Shown in pieces: positions 39,222 to 52,364 of a stretch of 64,000 nucleotides of DNA. The notes beneath the pieces were generated by a model that saw only the letters and a list, made by a program, of their open reading frames with translations, searched no databases and had not been told where the DNA came from. The position numbers and the translations under genes are program-made. The stretch comes from Microthyrium microscopicum (taxonomy: Eukaryota): assembly GCA_010405405.1 (NCBI GenBank), contig MU004235.1:200538-264537 (forward strand), in the 5' to 3' direction. Positions within the stretch are counted from its first letter, which is position 1. Every line of letters begins with the position of its first letter.

Positions 39222-39608
39222 GGTAATATGCTTCGGCTCTCAATTTGAGGGACTAGTGCTTTCAGGCAGAAAAGTAAAGCAGAACCAGTTTATTCCAGGT
39301 GAGATAAGGGACCATATGCTAGCTCTAGCTTTAAGTCCAGTTTCAATTTACCACAGCCTATTTAAAGTCCCTGCAGCTATTCATTTTATTGTGTGTATGA
39401 AGGTCTAGTGAGATCTTGCAACTGGCGTTGGCGTTGTTGTGCAACACATTGATGCAATAGGCAGCTAAGGTCAATATGCATCATGCAGAACTTGAAGGAT
39501 CAAGGCCCCTGCCAGGCACCTACATATCCAAAAAGCTATAATGGGGTCTCATAACCGCCAGATTTTTGCTTCAATTGTAACTCATGTCGATTTCATAAGG
39601 TTACCTCG

Positions 39609-42600
39609 ATGATGGCGGAATATAAGACTAAGTGCAATGTCACTGCTGATAACAAGTTTGGTCCAGCAGTGGCATGCATGGACTTTGACTTTACGCTGAC
39701 TTTCGAGCACACTATTCTAGTCATCGGAACATCTAGCTTGTTTATCTTGGCTTCGATGTTTCGGCTCCAAAGATTGTTCAAGGAGTCGCGAAAGGTTGAC
39801 GGCTCCTGGAATATCTATGGACTTAAAATCGTAAGGACTGGTCTGCTCGCATCATGTCATAATAGCTTACAGTATTCAGGCTACAGCATTCTTGATACTA
39901 GCTATAAAAACAACTAGCCTGATACTATGGACGAAGTTGCCAGTCACCAAATATTCTATCGCCGCAGCATCAGTGGCCTTGGTCGGGGCTATCGGGACTG
40001 TGGCACTTGTAACCTTGGAGCATATTAGATCAAAGCGTCCATCATCTGCCGTCTTGGTTTATCTTTTTACTCAGATCATGGTAGAATCCTGCGTTCTACG
40101 CACGCTGAAGCTACGAAATTTTGGTCTGGCTATCACCACAGTCAGCTGGGTCAGTATCTTTGCTCAGCTCTTGCTGCTGGCATTGGAATCCGTTACCAAA
40201 AGATCTCACCTTAAAGAATCGAGCAAATACGGAATCGAAGAGACAGCAGGGATTTTTGATAGAAGCGTCGTCTGGTGGCTGAACCGGCTGTTCTGGCGTG
40301 GCAGCCACCACGTATTGAAACAATCGGATCTCTTCCAGCTGGATAGTTCTCTCAAGTCTCAGCGACTGCAGAACAAGATCTTGTTCAGCTGGGATAAGAG
40401 TAAATCTTCCAACTCTTCGGTTTATATGAGCTGAACATTTTACAGAAAAGGCGAGCCAGCACGCTTTGCTGGAAACTATCATGTCTGCGATGAAGACTTC
40501 AATCCTGTGGACTATCCCACCGAGGGCTGTGAAAATAGCGTTGACGTACTCTCAGGCATTCCTTATTGATGCTGTGTTGAGCTTCCTCAAGAATGACTCC
40601 AGTAAGAGAGATATGAATCACGCTTATGGTCTTATTGGCGCCACGGCACTGATATATATTGGGATAGCAGTGAGTGTTTCGAGCGACAGTCAATACAAAA
40701 GCACTAATGGCAGCAGATTATTGATTGTGCTACTCAGGAGAAGCGTAATCGTATGGTCACAACATTGCGTGGGTCAATAATTTCTCTCATCTATAACAAA
40801 GCGCTTCAATACCCTTCAGCGGTTGGTGACTCGCCGGCAGTTACACTCATATCCGCGGATGTGGATCAGATGAGTAATGCTTTGATGTACGCGTCTGAAG
40901 TTTGGGCAATAGTCGCAGAAATAGCGGTTGGTGTTGCACTTCTTTGGCGCCAAATGGGTCCAGTAGCTCTCGCACCGATAGCTTTGACTATCATCACGGC
41001 GGGAATTAATACTTTTCTTGCGCGTTCACAAGGAAATAAGCGCGGTATCTGGCTTGAAGCCATGCAAAAGCGAATTGGACTCACGTCTACTGTTCTTGGG
41101 TCCATGAAGTCTGTCAAACTCAGCGGCATGTCAGAAACTACTGCCAAACTGCTGCAAGAAAATCGAGTCCTGGAAATTGAGAAGGCAAAGTCATTCCGCC
41201 TCTTTACAGTTTGGCAAAACACTGTTGGTAAGGTAACCCTCTTCCCCTCAAAATCAGTCGTAATTATAACAATAACAAGCTTCACTCCCATCTTCGATTT
41301 CAGGCCTACTAGTCTTTGCTGCATATGCCGTCCAGGCGCATTTTGGCTACAGTGTTCCCCTGACTACAGCAAAAGCGTACACGTCGCTGGCTTTGATCTC
41401 CATCCTTTCTCAACCCGCCTCAATGCTACTGCAAGCTACCTCAGCGGTATTCTCAGTCTCTGGGAATATCGAGAGACTCGAAGGCTACTTGAAGAAAGCG
41501 GACAGCATAGCACCCCGGCTAGAGGATGATAGACCGTCAAAACAGCACTCAACGTCAGACGTAATGGTTCTTTTCGAGAGTGTAGTTTTGAACACTTCAT
41601 CTCATACTACTCATGCCTCAACCGACGCCCAAATAAGGAGAGGCACTTCATGCATGATCTCAGGGCCAGTAGGAGCTGGTAAGTCAACTCTATTACGATT
41701 CATACTTGGTGAAGCGAAACCAGAGAACGGAAAAATAACTACATGTGCCTCATCCATTGGGTACTGCTCTGCCAATCCTTGGATGCTTAATGTGACCATC
41801 AAGGAAAACATCGTTGTCGGCAAAGAATGGGATGAACAATGGTATTGTACAGTACTTCATATCTGTGACCTCGCAACAGATCTTGCATTGTTGCCACGGG
41901 GGGAAGACTCTTTAGTAGGTAGTCGCGGTGTAACTCTTAGTGGTGGTCAGAAACATCGAGTTGCGCTTGCAAGAGCTTTGTATGCTCGATGCCCGCTGCT
42001 TTTACTTGATGATATGTTCAGCTCCTTGGACCAACCTACGAGACTAAGGATTGCTCAACGACTTCTTGGGCACACAAAACAACATGGATTTACACTCGTG
42101 TTCATCAGCAATGATAGTAAGTGGATATACGCATGGTTCAGCATTGCATTGAGAAAGCTGATAATTTTAGCGACTCTCGCACAGTTCGCTGATGAGATAT
42201 TCGTGCTCGAAAATGGTACCATACGAATTTGCCAGACGTCACCTGTCATGATGTCCACTGATTTGACCCCGGAGTTTGATGCTCATAAAGAGGACAAAGT
42301 TGACTTGCCGATATCAAAATTACCTGGAACAGGAAGTGCGGTTGACGAGAGTAGAAGTATTCCTAAAGTCGCTTCTGAAGGAAACAAGCGACAAGTCGGT
42401 GACTACTCTGTATGGGTCTATTATGCAAAGTCGATTGGTTTGTTTCACTGCTTTATGATGCTACTCTTTACAATTGTTGCAGTCATGGCTGCCAATTTTC
42501 CAAGTAAGCATTCATTCTTTGGTACCACGTTAACTCACTGATGCCTTGAAGGGCTTTGGTTAAAAGACCCTGAAAGGTCTAGAAGTGCTCTCGGTTTGTT

Positions 42601-44278
42601 CATTGCAGTGTATGCCATATCTGCCGTTCTAGAAAGTGCTGGAATGGCACTTATGCTTTGGTAAACAATCAAGTCTACACCTTAGAACTTACTGACACTT
42701 TGCAGGGAGACCATGATAAAGATCTCTTCTAGATCCTCTATTCGACTACATCAGAGCCTAGTCACTTCGACCTTTAACGCACCAATGTCGTATTTCGACA
42801 CGGTCGACAACTCAGTGATTCTGAACAGATTTAGTCAGGATATGACTCTTATAGAATCAGTCCTTCCAATCATGACCTATATTGTGCTTCAAAGTAAGTT
42901 GATGATGTTTAATGCAGTTTTGGGTCATAATAACGAATGCATAGGCTTGATAGCGTGTATTGTTCAGCTGGCTTTTGTGGCGATGAGCTCGGTCTATATG
43001 GTTGCGACGCTTCCACCTCTGCTTCTGATTCTTTATTTTACCCAAACTTTCTATCTACGGACGTCTCGCCAACTGAGATATCTCGACCTGGAAGCCAAAT
43101 CCCCACTCTATCAGCAATTCACAGAGACCATAGAGGGCGTTGCAACGATTCGCGCCTTGCGGTCACAAGAATGGTTCCTATCCATATTTTCGACTCGCCT
43201 AGACGAATCACAAAAACCTCATTATCTCTTGTTGTGTGTTCAGAGGTGGTTGGGACTGGTATTGAATATGGTTCTTGGCGCAACAGCAGTTGTTCTGGTA
43301 GCTATATCGTGTACCACTAGATTATCAAGTGCTGGTGGTCTGGGTGTCGCGCTGACGACAATACTCGCCATGAATGGTCAGCTGCATAATCTCATTTCAG
43401 CTTGGACACAGGCCGAAACATCGATAGGCAGTGTTGCTCGAACCAAGGAGTATGCAACGGCTACCCCAAATGAGAACTCTCCCAGTACCATCGCACAGTG
43501 GAATAGTCATGAAAGTACATGGCCAAAGGGCGACATACAGATCAGCAAATTGACTACAAAGTATGGCACAAGGGGAAATGAACACGTCGCGCTCCAAGAT
43601 ATCAGCATTTCGTTTGAGTCAGGGCAAAACATAGGGATTTGCGGTAGGACTGGAAGGTATGTGAAGCGAGATAGTAATAACCAGGGAAAACTAATTTTAT
43701 CCAGTGGGAAAAGCACTCTCATCTCCGTGCTGCTAAGACTGGTAGACCCAGAAAGTGGCACTGTCACAATCGGCAATATCGATATCTCAAAAATACCTAG
43801 GGAGGTGATTAGAAAACACATTATCTGTCTCCCCCAAGATCCGATACTACTCCCCGGAACGTTTGAGTACAATCTGGACCCTGAAGGCTCCGGAACTCTA
43901 CCAACTCTCCAAGAAGTACTTAAGCAGGTCAACCTCTGGGACCTTGTAGTGAGCAGAGGCGGACTCGAGGGCCAACTACAGCCAGATGCTCTATCGCAAG
44001 GCGAACGTCAACTGTTGGCTTTAGCCAGAGCGGTCCTCCGGAATCGTCAGTGCCAAGGTAACAGTATTCTTATAATGGATGAAGCAACAAGCAATCTTGA
44101 TCCGCTTCACGAAAGTTTGATGCTTAGTGTTATTCGAGAAGAGTTTCAGGGCCAGACCGTCCTAAATATTGCTCATAAGCAGGAAGCCCTGAAGGATTGT
44201 GACTTGATAGTGGTGCTGGACAATGCAAAGGTAAACCGTGTGGGCTCATCAGAGGAAATATTGACCAGTGGTGCTTAA
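39609..44278 (+). CDS. ABCC/MRP-type ABC transporter (multi-exon, apparently intact)
   Basis: DFDFTLTFEHTIL N-terminus; NBD1 GPVGAGKST, LSGGQKHRVALARA, LLLDD; ILNRFSQDM; NBD2 GRTG|SGKST, LSQGERQLLALARA, MDEATS, IAH. Frame changes coincide with short GT-AG introns. Confidence 0.93.
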
Positions 44279-45134
44279 CGCGCCATTGGGGAACTTTGTC
44301 CTTCAATTCAAGAGGCAACAATAACTCATATGATTAGTCATGTAACATCTTTGCGAAGACAAGGAGCTGAAGACAAGGCGATAACCCAGAGATGTCGTTT
44401 GATTGCTAGCATGAGCTCCAAGCTATAAAATGGGTTCAACAATCTGCATACAGTAAGCTTGATAGCTGGAATCTAATGGCATTTGCATTTTCATTCCGTA
44501 TACGGTGCCCATATGAAAGGCAAATTCTGTCCTCGTCATGTCTGGCCCTGTGTAACTCATCTCAATCGTGGTATTGTTGAGAAACGGCAAAAAAATGTCT
44601 GCCAATCGATCCCCTGGATGTTTGGAAGCTTCGATCGCTTCTTGAGGCTAGTCCAATGCATAGAAATCTTCCTCCATATAGTTGGTTAATTCCCCCAACC
44701 TGCATAGCAGGACGCTGAGATGTGTTGTGTTAGATTGCTGTTTGACAAAGAGATAGTTCTCGCCAGGCTAGACATCTAGTCCTCGAACTTCTCATCAACG
44801 AACTATAGGCTGCTGATTGGTAGACTTATCCCAAATCTATGTATGCAGAAAGTTGGTTGCTGGCAATGATATTTCGTATTTGGACGTGTGTGAAGTAAAG
44901 GACGACTGACCCCTTCCAAGGTTCGGACGACATGAAAAAAGCTTCGAAATCAATCGGATTTAGGACGGAGGATCGCAAATACGAAACCATTAAGTTAATG
45001 CCGAACAACTAACTCCTGGAATTATTCATAACTCATGTTCACTGTTTACGAATATCGTGGTATATATTAGAAGCTCAAAAACCAGAACGCGATATTTTCA
45101 TTCGCCAACATTTTCGAACCAGTCCATTGTCAAT

Positions 45135-45540
45135 ATGTCTAACAACCTCAGCAAAAAGCCCGTCATTCTCCATGTCACTTGGACATTGAAACCCGGAACT
45201 GGAGAAAAGTTCCTCGAAATATTCAAGCCAGTGGCAGAGAAGATAGCCGCAGAAAAGGAATGTCGTTACCTCAATGTTTTCCAAGATATCCGTGACGAAA
45301 ACATCTTTAAGATCGTCCAGATCTGGGACGCCGATGCGACTTGGATATCAACAGTATGATACTCATGGTCGTAGTCCATACTTGAAGATCTTCACTAATT
45401 CAATTTCCTGTGTCTAGACATTGAGTGCTCGCGACTATTATCCACCATTTTTTGAAGCGATGAAAGAAATCGCTGTAAAGCACAGAGAATCCAACGCTCT
45501 TTTGGCTGTTGATGGGTTCAATTTAGTGAAACCTACTTGA
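45135..45540 (+). CDS. ABM (dimeric alpha-beta barrel, antibiotic biosynthesis monooxygenase-like) protein, 2 exons
   Basis: VILHVTWTLKPGTGEKFLE...AEKECRYLNVFQD...FKIVQIW; intron GTATGA..CTAAT..TAG; exon 2 TLSARDYYPPFFEAMKE...KPT*. Confidence 0.75.
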
Positions 45541-48500
45541 TAGAATGGTACTTATGGTTCTTGGAGTACGACAACACTGGATGATTATCATTCTCGAGCG
45601 TTTTGTACTGAGGAGGTAGAAATATATTATGTAAATACCCCGTTTCCAGAGTTAAATGCAAACCTAAGCCATCTCAAACAAGACCAAATGCAAGCTCCAT
45701 TTGCTGTAAACTCGCGATCTGTAGTGTCATCCTGTCGAACCACTTGAATGCTTCTAGAACAATAGCAAAACAAATATGCAAGTATTGTAGTCACGCGTGA
45801 TGATATGCGTAAGCGAGAACAATCGTCGATATGGGCATGTCAAGACTTATGTGACACGAGGGCGATTACTCGTCCATACCTAATGCTGTGAACTCGCTTC
45901 ACAAAGGTATTGAGGGCAACACGACCTTGTACATTAGCAATTATACCACCTTTTAGAAGGGCCACTGAGTGTTGAACTTAGGATGTTTTAAATTGTTTCG
46001 ATAGAACTCAAGTAATAGCTTTGCTCTTTGACCTGTTCAGTGACATTAGGTTTGAGCATTTTATAATCACGGTTACTGTTCTTGTGATGTTCAAAAACAT
46101 ACCAGATCCAAAACCTTTTCAATGTATGTACGTACGTATTATCGGACTCTAGATATGTCGTGCTTCGTTCAGATCATAAACCATTTGAGCTATTGTCACG
46201 AATGCTTCGGCAACTTGACGGCCGAATGTGTGCGCTTCTCTTGCAACTTGACGCTAGAAATGTAAAATGCTGGCACTACTACCTTTGATTTTCAGTGCTT
46301 ATGTTCAGGTTGCGCAAAGTTCTTACTATACAACTCCGATTGTCAGTCTCAACTAATGTCCACTGTGTCTTATCCTTCTCAACTCAGCCCAAGAGTATTC
46401 CAGTCCTCCTCTATTCAAGATCACCAACAACCGCATGATGATCAGGGGCACATTTCATAATGCATACACCGCAGCTGTAGAGAATTCATAGCCAGGAACA
46501 ATCTGCATTAGTTTCTGCTTCTTCAATCTCCCGCATACATTCTACTCCACTTTTATGCTTCGCTCGCTTACCTGCCTGTGGAGATAAGCAGTTTGTGCTA
46601 AACCAATCCTTTCGTGCTCGGAGGTTTTGTGGTACTACTCCCAATCACTGCAGATCTGTACAACACCAACTCTAGATGAAGGAGGTTGGATATCTTCATC
46701 AGTATATCTTGACCAATTAGAGCATACCGTACTGATTCTCAAGATAACCGATAGTAAGCTCGATGTTTTCTAGATATTGGCGATCTAGTCAAGTGTATTA
46801 GAAGTGGATATGTGATTGAGTTTAGTACTGCGATGTAGGGAGTCAAGACACTTGGATAATTGTACGAACGGTTGTACAAACATACGCTACGAACTGATAC
46901 TTTTACGATGGTAAGATGGGATGCTCCATGCCGTGAATGTCTTGGGAGCGAAGCTGGTTCAAGTTTCGGCCATGTTTATGAGGTACGCACTGGGATCTCG
47001 CGACAATTGCTTAGAAACGAGTATAAGAAACCTGTAATATGAGCTCCACTTGAGCTCGTTTATTTGGCCGAAGGATTTAACAGACATCTTGTAGAGAAAT
47101 CGGGTGGCTGGGCTGGTAACAAGGATCTAGGAAGTACCAAGTATCAAAGAGTTTACCGGTATACCAAGAAACAAGAAGGCATAGCAGGGAGTGACGGCGT
47201 CAAAGCAGATTTTGTGCTACCATGACTCGTGTCTAATTTATCAATCAACATGATGATTGGCATCGCAAATGTTCCGAGAATCTCGAGCGGTCCATTCTAT
47301 TACTGTACAAGACCAATGAATCATATGGAAAACCACATTGCTCAACTACTTCCGCAAAGTTTGGGCAGGTTTGCCACTACTGGACGAAGTATTGTCCGCT
47401 GCAATCGATATTGCTTGGAAAATCCGACAAGTCACAACACCAGTTCGTTGAGCACAGAGCTACAGGTGTCGAGGCTCTGAGCTTGTAGTCGTTGGCGGCG
47501 AAACTGTGCGGTTGAAAGGAACGCTCGCGGCATGCACATGCTTGACATATCACTCATATCTGTTAGAGTAATATAGCCGTACCGAGCTCTTTGAATTAGC
47601 TAGAGGAGAACCAGGATATTGCCTACAAAGATGTACTCATCGCGTGATGATCAAGAATCCAGACTTCATCAATGGGCGACATTCGACAAGTCACAAAAAC
47701 AAGGTAGATGTCGACTGAAGGGCCTTAACTACTTAGGTTCGTGCTGGAGATATATTGAACCTGGTACCATAAAATACTAAAGTCTATGTTTTTGGACGTT
47801 ATTGAGCTGGTGAACTTGGATTGTCGCGTGGTCTAGCGCGCTGTTTAGGTGTTTTCTCCACAGAAGCTCAGACGGCGCTGTTGCAGTACCTACCAGCGGC
47901 TTCAAGAATCAAGATTCAAGATTGACGCATCGTTAACATCAACAATAAAAACAATGATCCTATCACGAGACTTGAGGCAGCTTGAGCTGGAGACTCGACA
48001 GTGCGCGTGGTCAGTCGTCATGGTGGCGTCTGCTCGTACCTCTCTTGACAACTTCCACGGGCTCCAGAAGGCAGTTACAATAATTGCGCCAGCGATACCT
48101 TTGGAAACGATTTCTCCGTAGCCTGTAGACGCCTCAATTTCATGTGCGCGGGAAACGTGGACTGCATGCTGTGTTTTGTATCTCAATTTCTCAAAGTTTC
48201 AACAATGAACCGACAATAAAACCAACTGGCCATTGACCAAAGCCCTTCTCTTCTCTGGTAGCTTGGCCCAATCAACGCCCAAGGGTTTCAGTTCTTCACT
48301 TCGGATGAAACATACACGAAAAGCTCCCAAAATGGCCACGCGAAGCTTCTTACTTACTCCCACCCCAGCCCTTCTGCGCCTTACGACGCGAGCGATCATC
48401 AACAATTCCCCCACAGCCCGAAAAAACATGTGCTGCCCTTGTCTGAGTCTGCTATCGACTGGGTTTCATAATAATGCCTTGGACATTGGCGCCACTGGAC

Positions 48501-49586
48501 TTTAGTTCGTGGCCTGAAGAGGTCCCAAGAGGATCCTTTTGGTGGTCGCCTATATGGTTTCACAAAGACCTGCCTGGCGTCTTTTCAATAGCCTTCGAGA
48601 ACACGTACGGAAACTCTTCTAACGCCATATGCAACATGGGGCGTTACCTTTGGAGTACAACGGCGCCGCCGTCCTCATTCGAACTTGTAATGTCTCCCAG
48701 TCAGAATGCGAATGTGCCAGCGGGGTCTGGGGCGCGTCTTTGAATAATGGCCATTATTGCCGGCAATCTAATTGAAATTGCTGACACAAAGAGAGAAATC
48801 CTGTACAGGACGAGACCCTGTACAGCAATCTACTTTGCAGCTACGAAAGTCATGCCAGCCTGTGTTCCTCCTATCCGACTGCGAGAGCCTTGGAGAGCCA
48901 ACTAAATCCACTTTGCGATTGGGTGAATGGGACATATCCCTGTCTGTAATCGCGTTTCCTTGCCCAAGGTCCGTACCCAGTATGACAAACATGCCGTGAC
49001 ACGATAATGATTCTTTCTATATACAGCTCTGTTCTGAGCTTAGAGGTCTCAAATGCCCTTTTCCGCCTTTGGTGTTTCCAGTTATCAGTTCTGCCTTTGG
49101 TGTTCAACTTTGGACTTCCTATTCATCGCAGATTCGGCGTGACAAAAGATCACATATTCTCAGCCTTTGGTACAGCCTTGTCTTTATTTTCGAGGGCATC
49201 ATAACATGCCAAATTAAGCCTCGGCCGCGAAAGACCAAAACAGAAAACTATTGACCTACCTGGTGCAGTTCGCCCATCCTCTTGGACCTCATTTGGGTTT
49301 CGTTTACTGGCATTACGATACTATCAAATAATCCCGCCAATACGTGAATATCTCAGAAACGTCAGTGCGTTCCCCGTTAGTGGTCGAGAGGTGCGTAACC
49401 AGCTCTATATTCCCCCAGTTCTTACCATTTTGGGCTTTCCCCAGCTAATTGCCTTAATAGTTGATAAAATCGCTGTCTGCGCCGCTTTGTGAGGAGGGGA
49501 AAACAAGGTGTAGGATCGGAATAGGAGACCGGGAGGAGAACATGGTGCCGTGATAAGCCCTCTGAAAGATTATAAACCAAAACACA

Positions 49587-52364
49587 ATGCAGTTTCTTGA
49601 AGATTTATACGCTTCAAAGCGCCCAACCCTACCGGAAAGACGCAGCACGGCACGGCAACCAAGGTCACTGCGTCGAGATCTGCCAGCTGGCCCCGAAACA
49701 CAGAATGCTCGAGACATCTCGTCATCCTCAATCGACCGTCGTGACAGAACTTCTTCAACTAAACGAAATTCAATATTTTCCCGTCGAAAAAGTACCGCAA
49801 CCACCAGTTCTGGAGAATCACAGAAACGAAGTTCAGGTGTTCCTAGCCAAGGAGGCGTCTCTCGTCGATCGTCACTAGCGGAAATGGCTGTTGCAGATGC
49901 TGAAGGCCTGAAGAGCAAGTTATTATTTGGTCTTCATCCGGGAAAGAAAAGTGGCCCAAGAAAATCAGATCCAACGACGGTGAACCCGGACAATGACACA
50001 TTTGTCTCAAATAAGCGAGATCGTAAGCGCGATAGTCATAAAAGAGCAGCATCAACTGGTGGTAATGGTATGATCACTCGAATTCCTCAAGAAACTATGC
50101 TAACAAGAGTACAAGGTCATAACTCGATATCATACATCTCCGCGCCATTTGGTTTCCAGCACCTTGCCAAAATCGAGCGACCTTCGCATCACAAGAACGA
50201 TGATGGTGGCTTGACCGAAGTCAACGTAATAACGTCTCCAAGTCAGAATACATTCTCCCTTCCACCTCAAGATCTACAGACTAGCCTCGCTCGACGCTCA
50301 CAAAAGCGACCTCCGCCGCTCAGACCGAAGAGACCAGATGAAACTGTCCCGCTGGAGCTTTTATCCCCCCAATATGGAATGCATTCGCTGAGACAAATTC
50401 GCTCTGCTGAAACATTCAGCTCAGCTTCGCAAAGGCAGAGTGGCACTCTCCAACCGGGACCACCCTCTCCCGGCTTCATGACATCTCCAATCCCACCAAG
50501 AAGATCTTCCCGCTTGCCGCCATCTATTCCTGAAGCCACCACTCCTCCCGCTGGGCATTCGCGCGATCCGAGCACTGAGATGGATTTTTCGGGGGATTGG
50601 GATCGGATCCTACCATTATACGATCGAAGGCATCCCTCGAAGGACCAGGAAACGGCTCCTGCCATCCGTGCAGCTCATGCGATATCAGTTCCAGACAAAG
50701 CAGCCATCCCAATGGCAATACCTTCGCCATTGTTCAGTCCACCTCTCGAAAAGGTCCTCGAAGAACCCGAAGGACCGGTCACTCCACAACAACCCAGGAT
50801 CCAAACGCGTTACCCAGCTATTCGTCACGCCAAATCTTCACCTTCCATATCTAACAATATCAGTCCTCGTGATAGAACTATACCTCCCCTACCCCAGCTC
50901 CCAGGGACTTTTAACGTACCTCCTATTCCACAACGACCTGTGTCGCAAGGCTCAGATACACTAGGATTCCTCTCCAGACGCTCTTTTACAATCAATGAAG
51001 ACGAAGAGACAAATGGCGAAAATGTTAAAGACGCCTCCAGAGAAACTGGGGAATCTAGCAGCTCTTGGGAAGAAGATATCGATTTTTGCTACAAATTTGC
51101 GGCTGAAGCGGACTGCGACTTTGACTGGAGTAATCAAACCAAATTCATCGACATTGATTCGAGTGACGACGAGATGATTGCTCCTCCTTTTCCGGCCACT
51201 TTTCCCCAGTCGAAACATCAAATTAGCAGTTCATTTGATAGTACATCAGGAAGTGAGAACGGAGCAATTGGCAAGCTACCTTTCATGCGTCAATCAATAC
51301 TACCTGGTCAAGAATCTGTACCCGATCTTGTTGCTCCTGGCCTTTCTCATTCTGGATCCTTGAATAGTCTCTCAGTCGGAACTCCAGCAGAAAAGTACGG
51401 ATTCCAGTCTTTGGAAAATATCAGGCCAGTATCAGGCTCAAGCGTACAAAGAAGATCTGGCGATTCATTCGGCATGAAGTCACCGCAACTTCCTCCGTTA
51501 GATTTGAAGCATGGGCTCGATTCTGATATGCTGTACGAGGAGCTAATGGCCGGCTTCAACTGGAAGACAACTCATTCCCCAGCGCTGCCAACGCTCGAAC
51601 CAAAAGCATATGCTGGCTTTGTACCTACACCTCCACTCTCTCAAAAGTCTTTTAATGCAGAACGAAATATTCAAGTCAACACCGGCCCAACGTCAGCACC
51701 ATCTCATAACCCCCGTCTAGAAAAGGAGCTGCCTCCGTTACCACCAGCCTCCCCTACAGCAATTTCACCGTCCAAAGATCTTCCGCCAGGCATGACAGTA
51801 GACAGCATCGTCGCCCAACTTCGTGGCAGTCCCGCCGAATCCCCCATCGAGCGCCAACTCCCTCAGTTCCGCTACACACCACCGTCACGCTCCAATTCGC
51901 AATTTGACAATCTCGCTCCCCGCCCACTGATGCGCCGCCGTCTAAACCAATCTCCACCTCCCCTACCCATCAATATCGAGCGCGCCGACAGCAACGACAC
52001 AGTCATTACTGCCATCGCCATTCCTCTCTCTCCGCCCGACTCACCCGTCGACACCGATGTACGCGCCGGTACCACCATGCCGCTGTCAGCACGCTCCGTC
52101 TCTTCTACCGGGGGCCCGTTACATCCGAAGTCGCCCTCACCCATGATGTTCAAGCACCGCGCGCCCTCACTACCCGCGCTACACCTCCAGCAAACACACA
52201 AGAAAGCCGCATCCTCCGACGGTTTCTACACCACAGCGCGTGTCCCCAGCAGTCCCACGCCACCGAGCCCAGGACCACCAGGGCAGGGCGGGTACAGCTT
52301 ATTTCCACCACCCAAGCGATCGACGGGTCGGCCACGGAGACTGACAACAGGACAAATGTCTTGA
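49587..52364 (+). CDS. CRIB/PBD-motif, S/P-rich putative Cdc42/Rac effector
   Basis: ISAPFGFQHL CRIB motif and SWEEDIDFCYKFAAEADCDFDW block. A probable in-frame 48-nt intron lies near 50068-50115. Confidence 0.75.
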   Translation: MQFLEDLYASKRPTLPERRSTARQPRSLRRDLPAGPETQNARDISSSSIDRRDRTSSTKRNSIFSRRKSTATTSSGESQKRSSGVPSQGGVSRRSSLAEMAVADAEGLKSKLLFGLHPGKKSGPRKSDPTTVNPDNDTFVSNKRDRKRDSHKRAASTGGNGMITRIPQETMLTRVQGHNSISYISAPFGFQHLAKIERPSHHKNDDGGLTEVNVITSPSQNTFSLPPQDLQTSLARRSQKRPPPLRPKRPDETVPLELLSPQYGMHSLRQIRSAETFSSASQRQSGTLQPGPPSPGFMTSPIPPRRSSRLPPSIPEATTPPAGHSRDPSTEMDFSGDWDRILPLYDRRHPSKDQETAPAIRAAHAISVPDKAAIPMAIPSPLFSPPLEKVLEEPEGPVTPQQPRIQTRYPAIRHAKSSPSISNNISPRDRTIPPLPQLPGTFNVPPIPQRPVSQGSDTLGFLSRRSFTINEDEETNGENVKDASRETGESSSSWEEDIDFCYKFAAEADCDFDWSNQTKFIDIDSSDDEMIAPPFPATFPQSKHQISSSFDSTSGSENGAIGKLPFMRQSILPGQESVPDLVAPGLSHSGSLNSLSVGTPAEKYGFQSLENIRPVSGSSVQRRSGDSFGMKSPQLPPLDLKHGLDSDMLYEELMAGFNWKTTHSPALPTLEPKAYAGFVPTPPLSQKSFNAERNIQVNTGPTSAPSHNPRLEKELPPLPPASPTAISPSKDLPPGMTVDSIVAQLRGSPAESPIERQLPQFRYTPPSRSNSQFDNLAPRPLMRRRLNQSPPPLPINIERADSNDTVITAIAIPLSPPDSPVDTDVRAGTTMPLSARSVSSTGGPLHPKSPSPMMFKHRAPSLPALHLQQTHKKAASSDGFYTTARVPSSPTPPSPGPPGQGGYSLFPPPKRSTGRPRRLTTGQMS

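Noticed and set aside
39609..44278. Fragmented ABC transporter ORFs suggesting a pseudogene
   Set aside because: The breaks I traced coincide with short canonical introns that restore the frame.
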